A DNA stretch of 64,000 nt from Octopus sinensis (taxonomy: Eukaryota). Both the position numbers and the translations under genes were made by a program. The stretch's first letter is position 1. Each line of letters starts with the position of its first letter. This document shows positions 1-13,122 of the stretch, in pieces. The stretch spans positions 71,114,001-71,178,000 of the forward strand of contig NC_043004.1 of assembly GCF_006345805.1 (NCBI RefSeq), given 5' to 3'. The notes beneath the pieces are model-generated. The model made no database searches, was not told the DNA's origin, and was given only the letters and a program-made list of their open reading frames with translations.

Positions 1-835
1 TTTTTGTTGGATTATTTTCCGGTTTATCCTTTCCAGCCATGCACGCTGTTTGTGTACATTGCACTTTTTTGTCTATCTCTAATATTAATACCACATTTCT
101 GAGTTGCAACATAAACAGCTGAGGAAACGAGCAGACCAATCCCTCCGAGGCCATTTTCTCTACTATTCTCAAGATGTATCAGCTTTCCAAGTAATTGATC
201 AACTTCTTTGATTATTTTCCTGTTCTTATTAGTATTAATAATTTTAGGAATTGGGGCTCTTTCGTGGAAAGGTTGCTCTAGTTCTATTAGATATTGTTCT
301 AGAATTCCATCTGCCAGTTCATTGCTGACGGGATCATTTATAGTGTTTTTAGTATCAACTGATGGTCCAGCTTCATAGGGTTTTGTGTACCCAGTTTAAT
401 AGTTTGTGTTAGTAATTTCAGAGCTTTTTACCAGTGGATATAAGTGAGTGTGTGTTATATAGAGCTGGATTTTGACTGATCTGACTAACACTTTACTGTC
501 AGTTAGTCTTTCCTTTTTTAGGATATGACATCTCACAGCTCCTAGTTTATTACTCTCAATGTACAGCCTGCTATGCGGGGTTTTGCACCTCCAGATATTG
601 TAGGTCTCTTTTTGTGTGGTTGATGTTTCTAGGTTTAGTGTTGAATAATAATAATAAGCATGCATAACTTCGATATAGTCTTCCTTAATCCATTTCTGTC
701 ATGTATTTTATTTCCTTGAGACAGGTCTGGTAGTTGATTCAGAGCAAGAATATCCCTGGTTTTATTTGCTACAGGTTCTTGAGGAGGTTGGTCCAGATTT
801 AAAGACTTTTCGAATTCAGTCAAGGAACCTTAGGT
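1..835 (-). mobile_element. R4/Dong-like non-LTR retrotransposon, degraded N-terminal ORF region, runs off the window start
   Basis: Minus-strand peptide WRCKTPHSRLYIESNKLGAVRCHILKKERLT (ORF 396-665) aligns by eye with WRQKHLEVRPYIDSNKLANVRRNII near the 5' end of the Dong-like element at 33.86-33.95 kb. Boundaries approximate. Confidence 0.6.
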
Positions 836-1284
836 CACTGATGAACCTGTTCTTCGAACGACACGGGTTCTAGGGGGTATTACCATGGTTAGTTTCCAGG
901 GCCGTGCTATAAGCGTACAAGGTTAACCAATTTTATGGTTCCTTGGGTAACGTTCTGAGGTCCCAGGCATAATTTTCCGGGTGGTGGGATTTATTTTGAG
1001 AAGTTTTAAACTAGTTCGTGTCATGACCTGCCGCCTGGAAGGTATCAAATGGCAAGCTTTCAGAATTCAAATAGCGTCGTAGAAAGAGGCAGATATTGAA
1101 TTGACAGCCAGAGAGAGACAGGGACAGGGAGACAAAATACAGAACCCTCATGCAGCCTCCAACTGGAATTACCCCCCAGCTATTTTCAGTAGGATGGTAA
1201 TAGCTTTGGCGGCGGTGGTGCTAGAAGTGGTAATGTGGTTGTACTTGTTCTTCTTTACACTAGGCACAAGGCCTGAAATTATGG

Positions 1285-2000
1285 GGGAGGGGGCTAGTCG
1301 ATGAGATCGACCCCAGTACGCGACTGGTACTTAATTTACTGACCCCGAAAGGATGAAAGGCAAAGTCGACCTCAGTGAAATTTAGTCTCATGACGTCAAG
1401 ACATGAAATACCTATTTCTTTACTACCCGCAAGGGGCTGAACACTGAGAGGACAAACAAGGACAGAAAAACGGACCAAGTCGATTATATCGACCACAGTG
1501 CGTAAGTGGTACTTATTTAATCGACCCCGAAAAGATAAAGGTAAAGTCAACCTCGGCGGAAATTGAACTGAGAACGTAGCGGCAGACAAAATTCCCATTT
1601 CTTTACTACCCACAAGGGCTAAACACAGAAGGGACAAAGAAGGACAGACAAACGGATTAAGTCCATTATATCGAACCCAGTGCGTAGCTGGTACTTTATT
1701 TATCGACTCCGAAAGGACGAAAGGCATAGTCGACGTCGGCGGAATTTGAACTCAGAACGTGACGGCAGACGAAATACCTATTTCTTTACTACCCACAAGG
1801 GGCTAAACACAGAGAGGACAAACAAGGACAGACAAACGGATTAAGTCGATTATATCGACCCGAGTGCGTAACTGGTACTTATTTAATCGACCCCGGAAGG
1901 ATGAAAGGCAAAGTCGACCTCGGCGGAATTTGAACTGAGAACGTAATGCCAGACGAAATACGGCTACGCTAACGTTTCTGCCAGCTCTTCCGCCTTATGA
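1285..2000 (+). repeat. Head-to-tail tandem array (~4 units of ~185 bp) of a SINE-like interspersed repeat
   Basis: Unit ctacccacaaggggctaaacacagagaggacaaacaagg...ggtacttatttaatcgaccccgaaaggatgaaaggcaaagtcgacctcggcggaatttgaactcagaacgt recurs with ~185-bp spacing. Single copies occur at ~4110-4215 (-), 30966-31205 and ~57950-58130; degraded ones near 52.7 and 60.0 kb. Confidence 0.85.
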
Positions 2001-2849
2001 TTGCACATGTTCTGTCAGCGGGATGTAAACGCTGTCGCATGTATGTGTTTGTCTCCACGCAAATCGCTGTTATCATTGTTATTATTAGTAGCAGTAATGT
2101 TAGTAGCAACAGCAGCAGTAGTACTGCTTGTGGTCAGCAGTGTTCAAATGTGTTTACTACTACAAGCGACCAATGCGAGGGCTGAAATTGGCCTTGGACA
2201 GGACCAACTCACCTTGTGTTTTAATTGCAAATAGAAAAAATAACAATAACTTTCTCTCTCTCTCTCCCACCCACACCCACGCACGCGCGCACATATGTAT
2301 ATACACGTATTTATATTGATATTTACATTGTTGAATTTGTATTGCCTTTTATTGGTTTTGCAGTAATTTAGTTTTCGAAATTGTGTTGTTTGTATATATT
2401 GACAGTTGTTTATGTTCAAAAGGTGATTAGATTTTGGAATTGATTCTGTACCAGACAAGGATTCTGGATTATGTGATATATTTATTTTACATGAAGTATT
2501 ACGATCTTATGTTGACTTTCAAGTCTTTCTGTGACTATCTCCCTTGAAAGCACGCTCATGGTTTCCACGTACGTTACGCGGCGCAGCTGTTTCCAAAGTT
2601 TTTATGTTCGTTTCTCTATTATCAACTTTACGCTTAGTAGAAACTGATGCATAAAGAAATCAAACTACTACAGTAAAACCGTTCAGAAATTAAATAACGC
2701 TAACATATGCAGTAAGAATAATCAATTTAATTTATCTCCGATAAATTTTAGTTTTACTAATTTTGTATATATCGCTCCTGTTGAAAACCACTTACCTTCT
2801 TGACAGTTGCATTTCTAGCTCTGCCTTGAAGGAATTTTTACCTCTTGGA

Positions 2850-3010
2850 CTCAGTTTCTGCGCACACCTATGTTGTTAAACTTCCGTTAACAGCACCGTA
2901 TGCACATCCGTTCCGTTTTCCTTCACGCACGGATAAACTTCTCACTATAGACCTTATGGTCGTAAAGATTATACCAGTGGATAGACTAAAAACGGCTTCT
3001 ATTGAGAACA
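2850..3010 (+). mobile_element. Gypsy-type integrase C-terminal remnant (tentative)
   Basis: KLPLTAPYAHPFRFPSRTDKLLTIDL...IPVDRLKTA resembles the PLxxPYxGPF...VSIDRLKPA tail of Gypsy integrases. No LTR identified. Confidence 0.4.
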
Positions 3011-3289
3011 TTGTTCCTACTGCCGATGATACACACACATCATTACAAACACGGCCCGCACACCCACCTTCACAGTCTATGATTAATACTGGGATCGATC
3101 AGGTACCGGACAAGGATTCTGGATTATTTTTCCAGTTTTTTAACTTAATTTTTGACAAAGGTCGGGTTCATTTCTAGTATTTTCGTTTGTCGGAGCAGTC
3201 GAGTTTATTTCAGATATTCTCATTTTAAAAATCATCTCTGGCTAATCGTTGAGAGGACGTTGGTGTTACCTTGGCGGAGGTTTGCGATC

Positions 3290-4035
3290 TCTGAGTATTA
3301 TTATTACAATTTTTATTATTATTTTGGTTTGGCTCGGGTTCCGTCTTATTCCTGGTAAGAATAATGTGGGTAGTGGATTATTACTTGTAATCTTAGGTAT
3401 CCACAAGTTTTCAACAGTCTTTTAGGTGCTTAGATCACTCTTCATAATCCTTGCTGTACCTAAGAGATAAACGTTCTGTCGGATCTCTACCCGGTATTCT
3501 ATTTCATTCTCCTTCAGTCATTTGTGTATGTCTTTCCATACTGTTCCCAACGCTCTAGTTGTTATAGGCACCACGTTTGCAGTTCTTAATTCCCCCTATT
3601 TAAAATTTAAAGGATTTTTTTTCTTCCTCTTTGTTTATGATCCTGCAATCAAACAGACATGATTGGTCGATAAGTAAACAACGTCGCTTTTCTTAATCGA
3701 TAATCGTTATGCTTGGTCTATTATTTTTAACTCCTTGTCCGTTTGAATAGGAATGTCCCACAAAATCTTATGTGTCTCGGACTCCTGTACTCTTTTGATT
3801 CGATGACTGTGCCATGTCTTTCCAGCTTCAAAATCTCAAAATTCCCAGTGTATTCTTCTTGTGCCAACTTAAGGCATTCTTCCACAATGTATGTCACTGT
3901 CTTGAAAGTTCCACAGATCCTATATTTTTTCTCACACATTCTCTCCATACATATTTTTCTCAAGTTGTTTGTTTTTATCGAATGATCTTCGGCTGCTACA
4001 ATTAGGCTTTCGGAAACTTTTTTAATTGCCATTTT
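3290..4035 (-). mobile_element. R4/Dong-like element 3' end (zinc knuckle, RLE endonuclease remnant, TAA tail)
   Basis: ESLIVAAEDHSIKTN...CRICG..TVTYIVEEC.KLAQEEY, then across frameshifts HKILWDIPIQTD, VVPITTRALGTV and LGTARIMKSDL. Ends in a TAA-rich tract at ~3295-3325. Confidence 0.75.
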
Positions 4036-4403
4036 TCTTTAAAAACCAAGTCCAGGATTTGATCCATATACGTCATTAGTGGCTCTCCATATTCGGTTCG
4101 ATAAATTAAGTACCAGTTACGGACTGGAGTCGATATAATCGACTTAATCCGTTTGTCTGTCTTTGTTTGTCCTCTCTGGGTTTAGCCCCTTGTGGGTAGT
4201 AAAGAAATAGGTTATTCAGAGCTTTCTCTTCAATCTGTCTGACGCACGCTTTTTGCATTTCATTCCATCTGTACACATTCTTCTACTGCTATTAAGTTTT
4301 TTCCACCCTGGTCTCACCTCAAGTACAGCCGGTTGACATCAACTTATGGATGGTGGGCTCCATACAAGTATCATCATCATCATCATCATCATCCTCATTA
4401 TCA

Positions 4404-4455
<52 letters not shown>

Positions 4456-4701
4456 ACATGGCTAAGGTGGTCGATTGGCGAGTGCGTCAAACAAAAATTC
4501 ATTTCTCTATTGTAATACGTCTCTTTATGTTTTGTGTTGCAATTTATATTTTAATTTTCATCCTTCTGGGTTCAGTAATATGAAATATCAATCAATAACT
4601 GATGTCTACTAACTATATCCCATCACTGCAAAACAATTTGTATTTGAGGTGATATATGTGTATGTTAGAAATTGTTGTTGTTGATGTTATTGTTATTGTA
4701 G

Positions 4702-4846
4702 GCAGTGGCTGCTCTGTTACACTACTTCCTTCTGACATCTCTCATGTGGATGGCTATCGAAGCATGTCACGTTTGCCTTGTTACCGTAATTGTATTTAAA
4801 ACATACCAGTCACATTTTATCCCGAAGAGTTCAATTTTGTCATGGG
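4702..4846 (+). CDS. aGPCR left copy exon (TM3 to start of TM4)
   Basis: ttgtag|GCA GTG GCT...TGG G|gtaagt; AVAALLHYFLLTSLMWMAIEACHVCLVTVIVFKTYQSHFIPKSSILSW. Confidence 0.8.
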
Positions 4847-5337
4847 GTAAGTTAAATCTAGATTATAAAGAAATAGATTCTCAGGTTGGCCATTAGGGCA
4901 ACATAAGATTACTTTCATTTTCCCGCAAAGAGTTTCAGTCTAATCTCATCTCTAGAAAAAAAAGCTAAGAGTTATTCATTTTGTACTTTCACCTGGCGCA
5001 ACAACTAATTTGAGAAGAGGTTCATGAGCACGACTTTTTGTTGTTTTTATTTGATTAACCAGAAATTGCAGTAATTTTAAGTTTTGTTTCCCAGTAAAAC
5101 ATATCATTGATAGAATCGAAGATATACACCAGTCGTACTTACTAATAAAAACCAAAGGAGTAAATTGTAAAAAGTGACCTGGGTACATCAAAATGAATAT
5201 TGATATCTTTTGAAGTAGACATTTTTCTCTAAATAAAACATGGTCAACTAAATCGATTTAAATGTCACTTATTTATGAGTTTAAATATTGACTAATATCT
5301 ACATATGTTTCTTCCTTTCTGTAAATGTCCTTGCCAG

Positions 5338-5416
5338 GTCTTCCAGCTGTCATTGTCACAATTACTCTGGCAATTAACTACACAAACAATTACATTAGAA
5401 TTGAACACGCACAAGT
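5338..5416 (+). CDS. aGPCR left copy exon (TM4 to ECL2)
   Basis: ttgccag|GT CTT CCA...CAA GT|gtaagt; GLPAVIVTITLAINYTNNYIRIEHAQV. Confidence 0.8.
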
Positions 5417-5749
5417 GTAAGTATTTATACGTTTTATTCACCAAATTTTCTCTGCTCTCCACAACTAATAATTTGCAAGATTTATTTATGATCTGAACAA
5501 CGAGGAATGGTGGATACATTAGCATCAAGCTAAAGCAAGATCTCCATTGATGATAGGGGTAACATATACTAAAATGCATACACACACACGCACATACACA
5601 TAGATACTACCTACACATACACACACGTATATTTATATGTGTGTGTGTGTAGATATATACTTAATGGCCCTCCACTCCTGAGCTAAAAAGACCATTTCTG
5701 ACCTTCAGGAACATTGTACGATCTAGGACTAACTTATAATTTGCATTTG

Positions 5750-6475
5750 AGGCTCCGTTTGTGGCTAATGAGCACTCTTGACAAGCATACACGACAGCAA
5801 ACGTAGCAGAACAAACTTTCCCCATTCACTACACAGCAGTGCACTTTCGACCAGCACATTAAAGTACTTAATGCAGAATCTGTACTGTCTCAAAAGTGTC
5901 GACCCCTCCTTAACCTGCTTCCTCCATCTTTGGAGATGACAGGCATTGTTCTCCCAGTCAATCTCCTGCATATCACAGGCCTTTAATGAGAACATAGCAC
6001 AGTCCTTAAGTCGAAGCCTTAGTTTCTGCCGGGGTCTCTTTCCATTCGCAAGTTCCCCATATAGCATTGTTTAGGGATCCTGCTATCCTTCACTCTAATA
6101 AGATATTCTCAGTCCAATGTAACTGGTGCTTATGCACCATCGCCACTCAAGATGTCATTTGTCCTCAGGACCTGTGTATCTGGAGTTTTTAAGGTCCAAC
6201 CAACATTCAGAATGTGCCTGAGACATCTCTGGTGAAAGCGTTCAAGGATCATTACATTCTATCTTGGTTGAAAGAACGATTGTGAAAGTGGTAGACGAGT
6301 TCGTCTACCTGGGCAGCACACTCAGTCGTTCTTGGCCCCTGGATGATGAAATATCTTTCAGGCTGCAGAGAGCAACTAACTCCTTCCGGTTTCTTAATTC
6401 TTGTGTTTCGGCTAAACATGGCATCGCGAAGCAAACAAATATTGCTGTGTACCGAGCATGTGTACTAACACACAC
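5750..6475 (-). mobile_element. Degraded RTE-clade LINE 3' fragment (intronic; mirrored at ~31250-31990)
   Basis: VVDEFVYLGSTLS...DDEISFRLQRA and MLYGELANGKRPRQKLRLRLKD are RTE RT/thumb motifs, split across frames. Confidence 0.8.
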
Positions 6476-6547
6476 ACACATACACGCGCACAAATATATG
6501 TATTCATATATACATGCATATGCATACATATGTATATATATTCAAAT

Positions 6548-7020
6548 ATAATAATAATAATAATAATAATAACAATAATAATACTAATAATAATAATTAC
6601 AGCAATAATAATACTAATAATAACAACAATAATATTACTATTAATAATAATAATAACAACAATAATAATACTACTAATAATAATAATAACAAAAATAATA
6701 CTAATAACAATAATAACAACAACAACAACAAAAATAATAATAATAATAACAACAACAATAATATTACTAATAATAATAACAACAATACTACTACTACTAC
6801 TAATAATAATAATAACAGCAACAAGAATAATAATAATATTAATAATAATAATAATAACAACAACAATACTACTACTACTAATAATAATAATAACAACAAG
6901 AATACTACTACTACTACTAATAATAATAATAATAACAGCAACAAGAATAATAATACTACTACTAATAATAATAATAACAACAATAATAATATTAAGAGTA
7001 ATCAGAGTAATAATACTAGG
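6548..7020. repeat. Compound AAT/AAC/ACT microsatellite
   Basis: Seen directly. The mirrored locus (~30835-30915) is much shorter. Confidence 0.95.
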
Positions 7021-7389
7021 ATGGAATTTGTAAACTTTTAAGATAATCCGTATTTCTGGAATGATTACAGCGTAGTCCGTCGTACCCGTGGGCATCCAGT
7101 TTATAAGAACCATTGATTCATTTCTTCAGGTGATACAGCATTAATAGGTAAACCATAGAGGGTTGTCTTTTCTTTTTATCAGTATGAATATTAAGTGCAT
7201 TAAATATTCCTAACTTCCATCCCAGGGTTATTCTTCTTATCATTATGCATCGGTATAACTTGATGCAAAACCGTAAACCTATCTAACTAGTCAACATTAT
7301 TAGACGGTGGCTGGCATAATATAATAGGAGCTGTATTTGCATATTAAAAGCGTTACTATAAAGAAATGTAATATATATACATACAAATA

Positions 7390-7472
7390 TAAACTTAGAT
7401 AAACTTAGATGTGTTTCGACCAATGATTGGTCCAGGCCATATCTAACTTAATAGCACCACCTGATATATACC
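7390..7472 (-). mobile_element. Severely 5'-truncated 3' tail of the CR1-like LINE family
   Basis: ttggtccaggccatatctaacttaatagcaccacctg matches the LINE 3' end at 38230-38270, with a similar short tandem tail (aaacttagat x2). Confidence 0.65.
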
Positions 7473-7530
7473 ACCTATATATATACATATATAAAATATA
7501 TGTATATATACATATATAATATATATATAC

Positions 7531-7597
<67 letters not shown>

Positions 7598-7644
7598 GTA
7601 TATACATATATAATATATATATACATATATAATATATATATATA

Positions 7645-8055
7645 GGCGCAGGAGTGGCTGTGTGATAAGTAGCTTGCTAAACAACCACATGGTTCCGGGT
7701 TCAGTCCCACTGCGTGGAATCTTGGGCAAGTGTCTTCTGCTATAGCCCCGGGCCGACCAATGCCTTGTGAGTGGATTTGGTAGACGGAAACTGAAAGAAG
7801 CCTGTCGTATATATGTATATATATATATGTGTGTGTATATGTTTGTGTGTCTGTGTTTGTCCCCCTAGCATTGCTTGACAACCGATGCTGGTGTGTTTAC
7901 GTCCCCGTCACTTAGCGGTTCGGCAAAAGAGACCGCTAGAATAAGTACTGGGCTTACAAAGAATAAGTCCCGGGGTCGATTTGCTCGACTAAAGGCGGTG
8001 CTCCAGCATGGCCGCAGTCAAATGGCTGAAACAAGTAAAAGAGTAAAAGAGTAAA
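7645..8055 (+). mobile_element. tRNA-derived CORE-type SINE with internal (TA/TG)n
   Basis: Head ggcgcaggagtggctgtgtg...ggttcagtccc, CORE-like cttgggcaagtgtcttc, tail gaaacaagtaaaagagt. Full copies also at 26744-27198 and 63489-63897; partial copies at 22420-22650 and 23064-23190. Confidence 0.85.
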
Positions 8056-8058
8056 TAG

Positions 8059-8103
<45 letters not shown>

Positions 8104-8356
8104 TGTGTGTGATTGTGTATAGAAGAATATATTAATAAAAGGAATTCCAACCTTGTCTGATTTTCACGTTTTATTTACAATCTTACAATGATATATTATA
8201 AGATAATATATTATAATAAAATAAAATAAAATAAAATAGTAGAATGTTAAAGGATCATTCTGATTGAACTAGTAATTTCATGCATTAAATCCTGCAATCT
8301 TCGGGTTCATGTAGTAGTGGTGACAGTCATGCTTCACATATATATATATATGTGTG

Positions 8357-8519
<163 letters not shown>

Positions 8520-8551
8520 GTGTGTGTGTGTATATATATATATACATATAT

Positions 8552-8633
<82 letters not shown>

Positions 8634-8877
8634 GTATGTATATATATATATACAAATTGAATGATGGTGGTATTTTAAAGTGTCTGAATATCGAAATATT
8701 CGATTAGAATACCTTCATGAATGTTCATGACTATGTGACTCCCTGAAAGTTTGAGCTTTTCTTTTCCTTTTATTTTGGCTCAAAATCACTTCCCTTTAAT
8801 TCCTCGGTGACTCCTCTATTTATTGACTGAACATTTGATAAATTTTCTTCCTCAATTGATTTTACATTTATTTGTAG

Positions 8878-9268
8878 TTGTTGGTTGTCGGAGATACCAT
8901 TCTATGCTGCTTTCCTGGCTCCCGTCGTGACTATTCTCATCTTCAACATTATCATGTTTTTCTCGTTATCTTGCGTCTTATCGCAATGCAAAATAACAAG
9001 CTGCTTCAACACGAAACCAGAAGACTACGTTTTCTTGGAATATTTGGTTTGTTTTTCCTGTTCGGATTATCTTGGGTCTTTGCAGTCTTCGCTGTTGGGG
9101 AAGCAGCAGAAGTGTTTCAGATTCTTTTCGTTACCTTCAGTGCCTTTCAAAGAACGTTTATCTTCTTATTCTACTGTATATACAAGAAAGATACCAGAGA
9201 CATCATCTGCTCGTGTATATGTAAACAAAAGAAAGAGAAAGCCAGTAAAGTTTTAAGAACCTATAAAA
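8878..9268 (+). pseudogene. aGPCR left copy exon (TM5-TM7) with 1-bp deletion
   Basis: 391 bp versus 392 bp in the right copy. The ORF track splits it into 8885-9256 and 8878-9330. Confidence 0.8.
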
Positions 9269-9601
9269 GTAAGTGCAATTTGATCTTTCTTATTCTTACT
9301 ACTCCCACAACCAGGGTCAATATGTTGTAATGGGTCTAATCACAAACACCACTTCTACCAATACAACCAATGTCAACGTCATCGCTCTTAGGACTGGAGA
9401 GACATCGTAATAAATACCAACTGCATTCTTGTCATCATCATCATCATCTGCATATATGCATGTATTTATTTACTTATGTATGTACGTACGCATGTGTGCA
9501 TGTATGTATGTACGTATGTATATATATAAGTATGTATACACAAATATATAGGTATATAGGTACATATATCTATATATATATACATACATAAAGAGACGTA
9601 A

Positions 9602-9905
9602 GAAGGCGCGTAGCTTCGGAGTTAGGGCATTCAGCTACGATCGTAAAGTCCTGAGCTCGATCACTAACGGTGCATTTTGATCTTGAGCAAGACACTCTAT
9701 TTCATGTTGCCCCAGTCCAATCAGCTGGCATAAGTGAGCTGTACCTGCATTTCAAAGGGGCCAGCCTTGCCACATCTGTGTCATACTGAATCGCCTTGAT
9801 AACTACGTTCAGGTTACGTTTGCCTGTGCAGTGCTCACCCATCTGTGCGTTAGTTTCACGAGCAGTCTTTTCCGTTGATCGAATCAACTGGGACTCTTTT
9901 CGTTG
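9602..9905 (+). mobile_element. Second tRNA-derived SINE family (intronic; mirrored at ~29095-29400)
   Basis: tRNA-like head ggcgcgtagcttcggagttagggc...gctcgatc followed by cttgagcaagacact. Related copy at ~58790-59080 (-). Confidence 0.65.
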
Positions 9906-10458
9906 TAACCGTTGCGAGACAAAGACAGAGAAAAGAAGAGGGGGAGAGACAGTGAAGTGAGTTAGATGGATTGAGAGATCGTTGTGAAATCTATATGCCG
10001 CCACAGAGAGATCCTTGTGAAATTTACACAGTGGCAAAGATAGACTTATGTAAACTTTACATATTACTACAGATCAATGTGAAGTCTAAACACAAAAATA
10101 GGACCATGTAACACACGGCCACAGATGGATCTACGTAAAGCATACATCCACACAATAGAACTAAGAAGTCTCTCATATTTTCCCTCTCAAGTTGTCCAGT
10201 TGTTCTGGAAGATATTCCTGAACCAATATTGCCAATATTTTACGACATAGTCCTGATAATTAAATTCTCGCATTAGTTTCTGTAATTAATGTTTTCAATA
10301 TAAATTGTGTTGGTCATCCATGATTCATCCATGTAATAATATCTTAACGTATGGGAAAACAGTGGATGACAACTGGGGTTACATAAAAAATATAAGGGCT
10401 AGGGATATTTTACTTTGAAAATAAATATTTTATATAAGTTTTCTCATTGTGTTTTCAG

Positions 10459-10493
10459 GCTCTGGTGATGGAACAGCAGAAATGAACACATAA
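10459..10493 (+). CDS. aGPCR left copy predicted terminal coding exon
   Basis: Pyrimidine-rich acceptor ttttctcattgtgttttcag|GC TCT GGT GAT GGA ACA GCA GAA ATG AAC ACA TAA. Phase matches the donor at 9269 (S-SGDGTAEMNT*). Confidence 0.6.
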
Positions 10494-11989
10494 ATAGAAA
10501 CGTTAAAACAAACGTCTGTGAATTGACAGAAAAGACATTGATGAGAATAATAACGAGGATAATCCACAAAATATATAACTTATTTCGGATTATATGAATT
10601 AAAACATGATGGATATATAAAGATTTGCAAATTGACATTCCCCTTAACCATCAAATCATGAATGGATCAACTGAAAGAAATGACAAAATTATATAAAGTA
10701 GAAAAACCTAGCGGAAATCCCGCAGGTGTCGCTACCGAGCATAATTACATATAAACAACTTATTAAATTCATACTGTTCCTTCCAAAAATATAATCCTTT
10801 TTAACATAAAAGGTCCAGTAATTAAAAAAGGGCTCAATATATATTTTCTTTCATTAATAACTATTGTTTAAATTAAAACACACATAGGCACATCATTAAT
10901 GAAAACAATTTATTCAGACTTTACCGGGTTAAAATATCATTTATTTTACTCCCTATCACTTACTACCGTATCTACGGTACCTTATTGCAATTGTAAGTAA
11001 AATTATATTTCCTGGGGCTAAATATTTAAATAAAAATAATACTGTTTATTTAATATAAACAGAAAACATTATTGTCAGTAAAATGTTTCTCCTTTCAAAT
11101 GAAGTTTCTGGAATATGACACCAAACGTAAGAAGGAACGTATAATTTATATAAAGATATAGATTTGATAAACAACACGATCACCATTATGATGGGACTAA
11201 TACAGCAACATCACAAAAGAATATATATAGATACATGAATAAATGTGTATAACATTCAGGATACATATATTTGTATAATCTATGATGGTGTGAGGAAACA
11301 TTTTCTTTTATAGTTTGTGTCTATATGCATTTCTAGCATAATAAATATAATGTTATCACTGATACATGAAAATACATTTCTCATCTATTTATACAATGAC
11401 AAACATATTAATATCGTATTTTCCTCGCTCAGGAAATATCTTAGATGGGATGTATATCTTACTATAGTTGACCTTATGTCCGTGACCATTTCACGGCCAA
11501 ACGACTGATTAAACTTGCACGAAGGTTAACAGTCTTACTAAGGACGTCTCGAGAATGGTTTGTATCATGTTTAAAATGTTTTATTGGAAACACTAGCCAC
11601 ACTGCTTCGATTCAGACGAAACTAAGGAAGCCATTTCCGTATCTCTTATTATAAAATGCAGATTTTATCTGCCTCCCTTTGTATCTTATAGAAATCTACA
11701 ATATAGGATTTCTTCAATTACAATTTACCTAGCATTTTTAAGAGTAGAATGCATCGGGTCGTGCCAGGTCCACTTTTTAAAATTTCAACCCCAATTAAGC
11801 AACATTTAGAGAAAACTCACATTGTGGTGTATATGTCAAATGTTTTTCTTAGTGTGGGATACAGCACACGCAAACGCACACACACACAAACGGAGCGAAC
11901 TGTTTCACTGACGCTATCACCCTTCTCCTCCTTTGTCTTTGCAAGTTTGCAGCTATTAAAGTGAAAACAGTGAATCCGACAGCGATTAA

Positions 11990-12615
11990 GAAAATGAATT
12001 GGTACCTGAATGGAGTGAAAATTTAAAAACTGCTTCTTTCGGTGATTTTTCTGAAGAAACTGCACCAAGCCACAGACTTTCCCAGAAGAGTAAAGCCTTA
12101 AACTATTTCTTTTTACTTTTTCGAATGAGCCCATTTGAAATCATTACGGCGGAAACGAAACGTTACGCTAAACGTAAACAAAACGAAAGAAAGGATAGTT
12201 TGTTATTTCCAACAACCTTAAATGAAATTAAGGCCTATTTTGCCATAATATTATTATGGGTATCAGACAGTTACCCAGAATAACAAATTCCATCGTAAAA
12301 TGTTGTTGTATACCCAATTGAATATTAGCTAATAACCTATTTTCTATAGCGATGTTTGAACAAAATTTTAATAATTTTATATATTGTTGAATTTACCTGT
12401 ATCTACCTGCAATTAGAGTCACTTTGTGACGAAAATTATAGTATAGAATTGGTTGAGGACATTTCATTAAATTATCTTCCAAAAATCACATTAATATATT
12501 GATAAATAAAAAAGTTATAGTTGTTTAATGAAACCAGACTAAATTTATGATTACGTTAGAAATTAATTGAAACACATAAGGGTGTATTTTGGTCAGAAAT
12601 ATAGTAACGAAAGGG
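11990..12615 (+). mobile_element. piggyBac remnant nested in the Helitron
   Basis: FLLFRMSPFEIITAETKRYAK...TTLNEIKAYFAIILL resembles the piggyBac transposase N-terminus. Right end gtaacgaaaggg|TTAA; left end not found. Confidence 0.65.
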
Positions 12616-12727
12616 TTAAGAAAAACCAAAAAATATTTTATTCTTTATAAATGTTGTATTCAAAATAACATATTCTTTTAAGAATGTGTATATAACAAAG
12701 TATGTGTATATAACTACGTGACTTATA

Positions 12728-13122
12728 TCTTTATATATAGGAGTGAAGTTGTGTGTCTGTCTCCTACGATTTAGATTCCTAACTACTCCCACATTTTGCG
12801 GTGCAGTGTAATCAAAACCGGGTATCTTATAGTCGTGAGTCATATCGAGCCCTTCTGGGTATTAGCGCGCGTCTACGATGAGTCTACGATTTAAAAAAAT
12901 TTACCATCATATTTTTCTATTTTAATGCATTTTTTCGCTATTATATAAGGGAAGTAACTCTCTAAAAATATCTACGATGTGTCAACGATTTAAAAAGAAA
13001 TTTACCTTAATTTTTTTTCCATTTTTAATGCTTTTTTTCCTAATTTTTGGCTATAACTCTCTAAAAATGCTTATATAGTTATTTCCCTTACAAACCCGAG
13101 CAACGCCGGGCGATACTGCTAG
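12728..13122 (+). mobile_element. Non-autonomous Helitron nested in the composite Helitron
   Basis: A|TCtttatatataggagtgaagttg at the 5' end; cccgagcaacgccgggcgatactgCTAG|T at the 3' end. The same 3' terminus recurs at 51361-51391. Confidence 0.8.

Noticed and set aside
834-880. CTGATGA motif as a possible hammerhead
   Set aside because: No correctly placed GAAA and NUH with stem I complementarity.
1285-2000. CRISPR-like array
   Set aside because: Eukaryotic context, with whole ~185-bp units repeated rather than short repeats separated by unique spacers.
3290-4035. Idea that this RLE fragment is the displaced 3' end of the 33.4-kb Dong element
   Set aside because: The overlapping peptide (ESLIVAAEDH vs EGFIIAAQDQ) is too diverged; different subfamilies.
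4350-4583. Hydrophobic ORF upstream of the first aGPCR exon as a candidate TM2 exon
   Set aside because: Half derives from the TTA microsatellite, no splice sites fit, and the mirrored copy differs in frame and residues.
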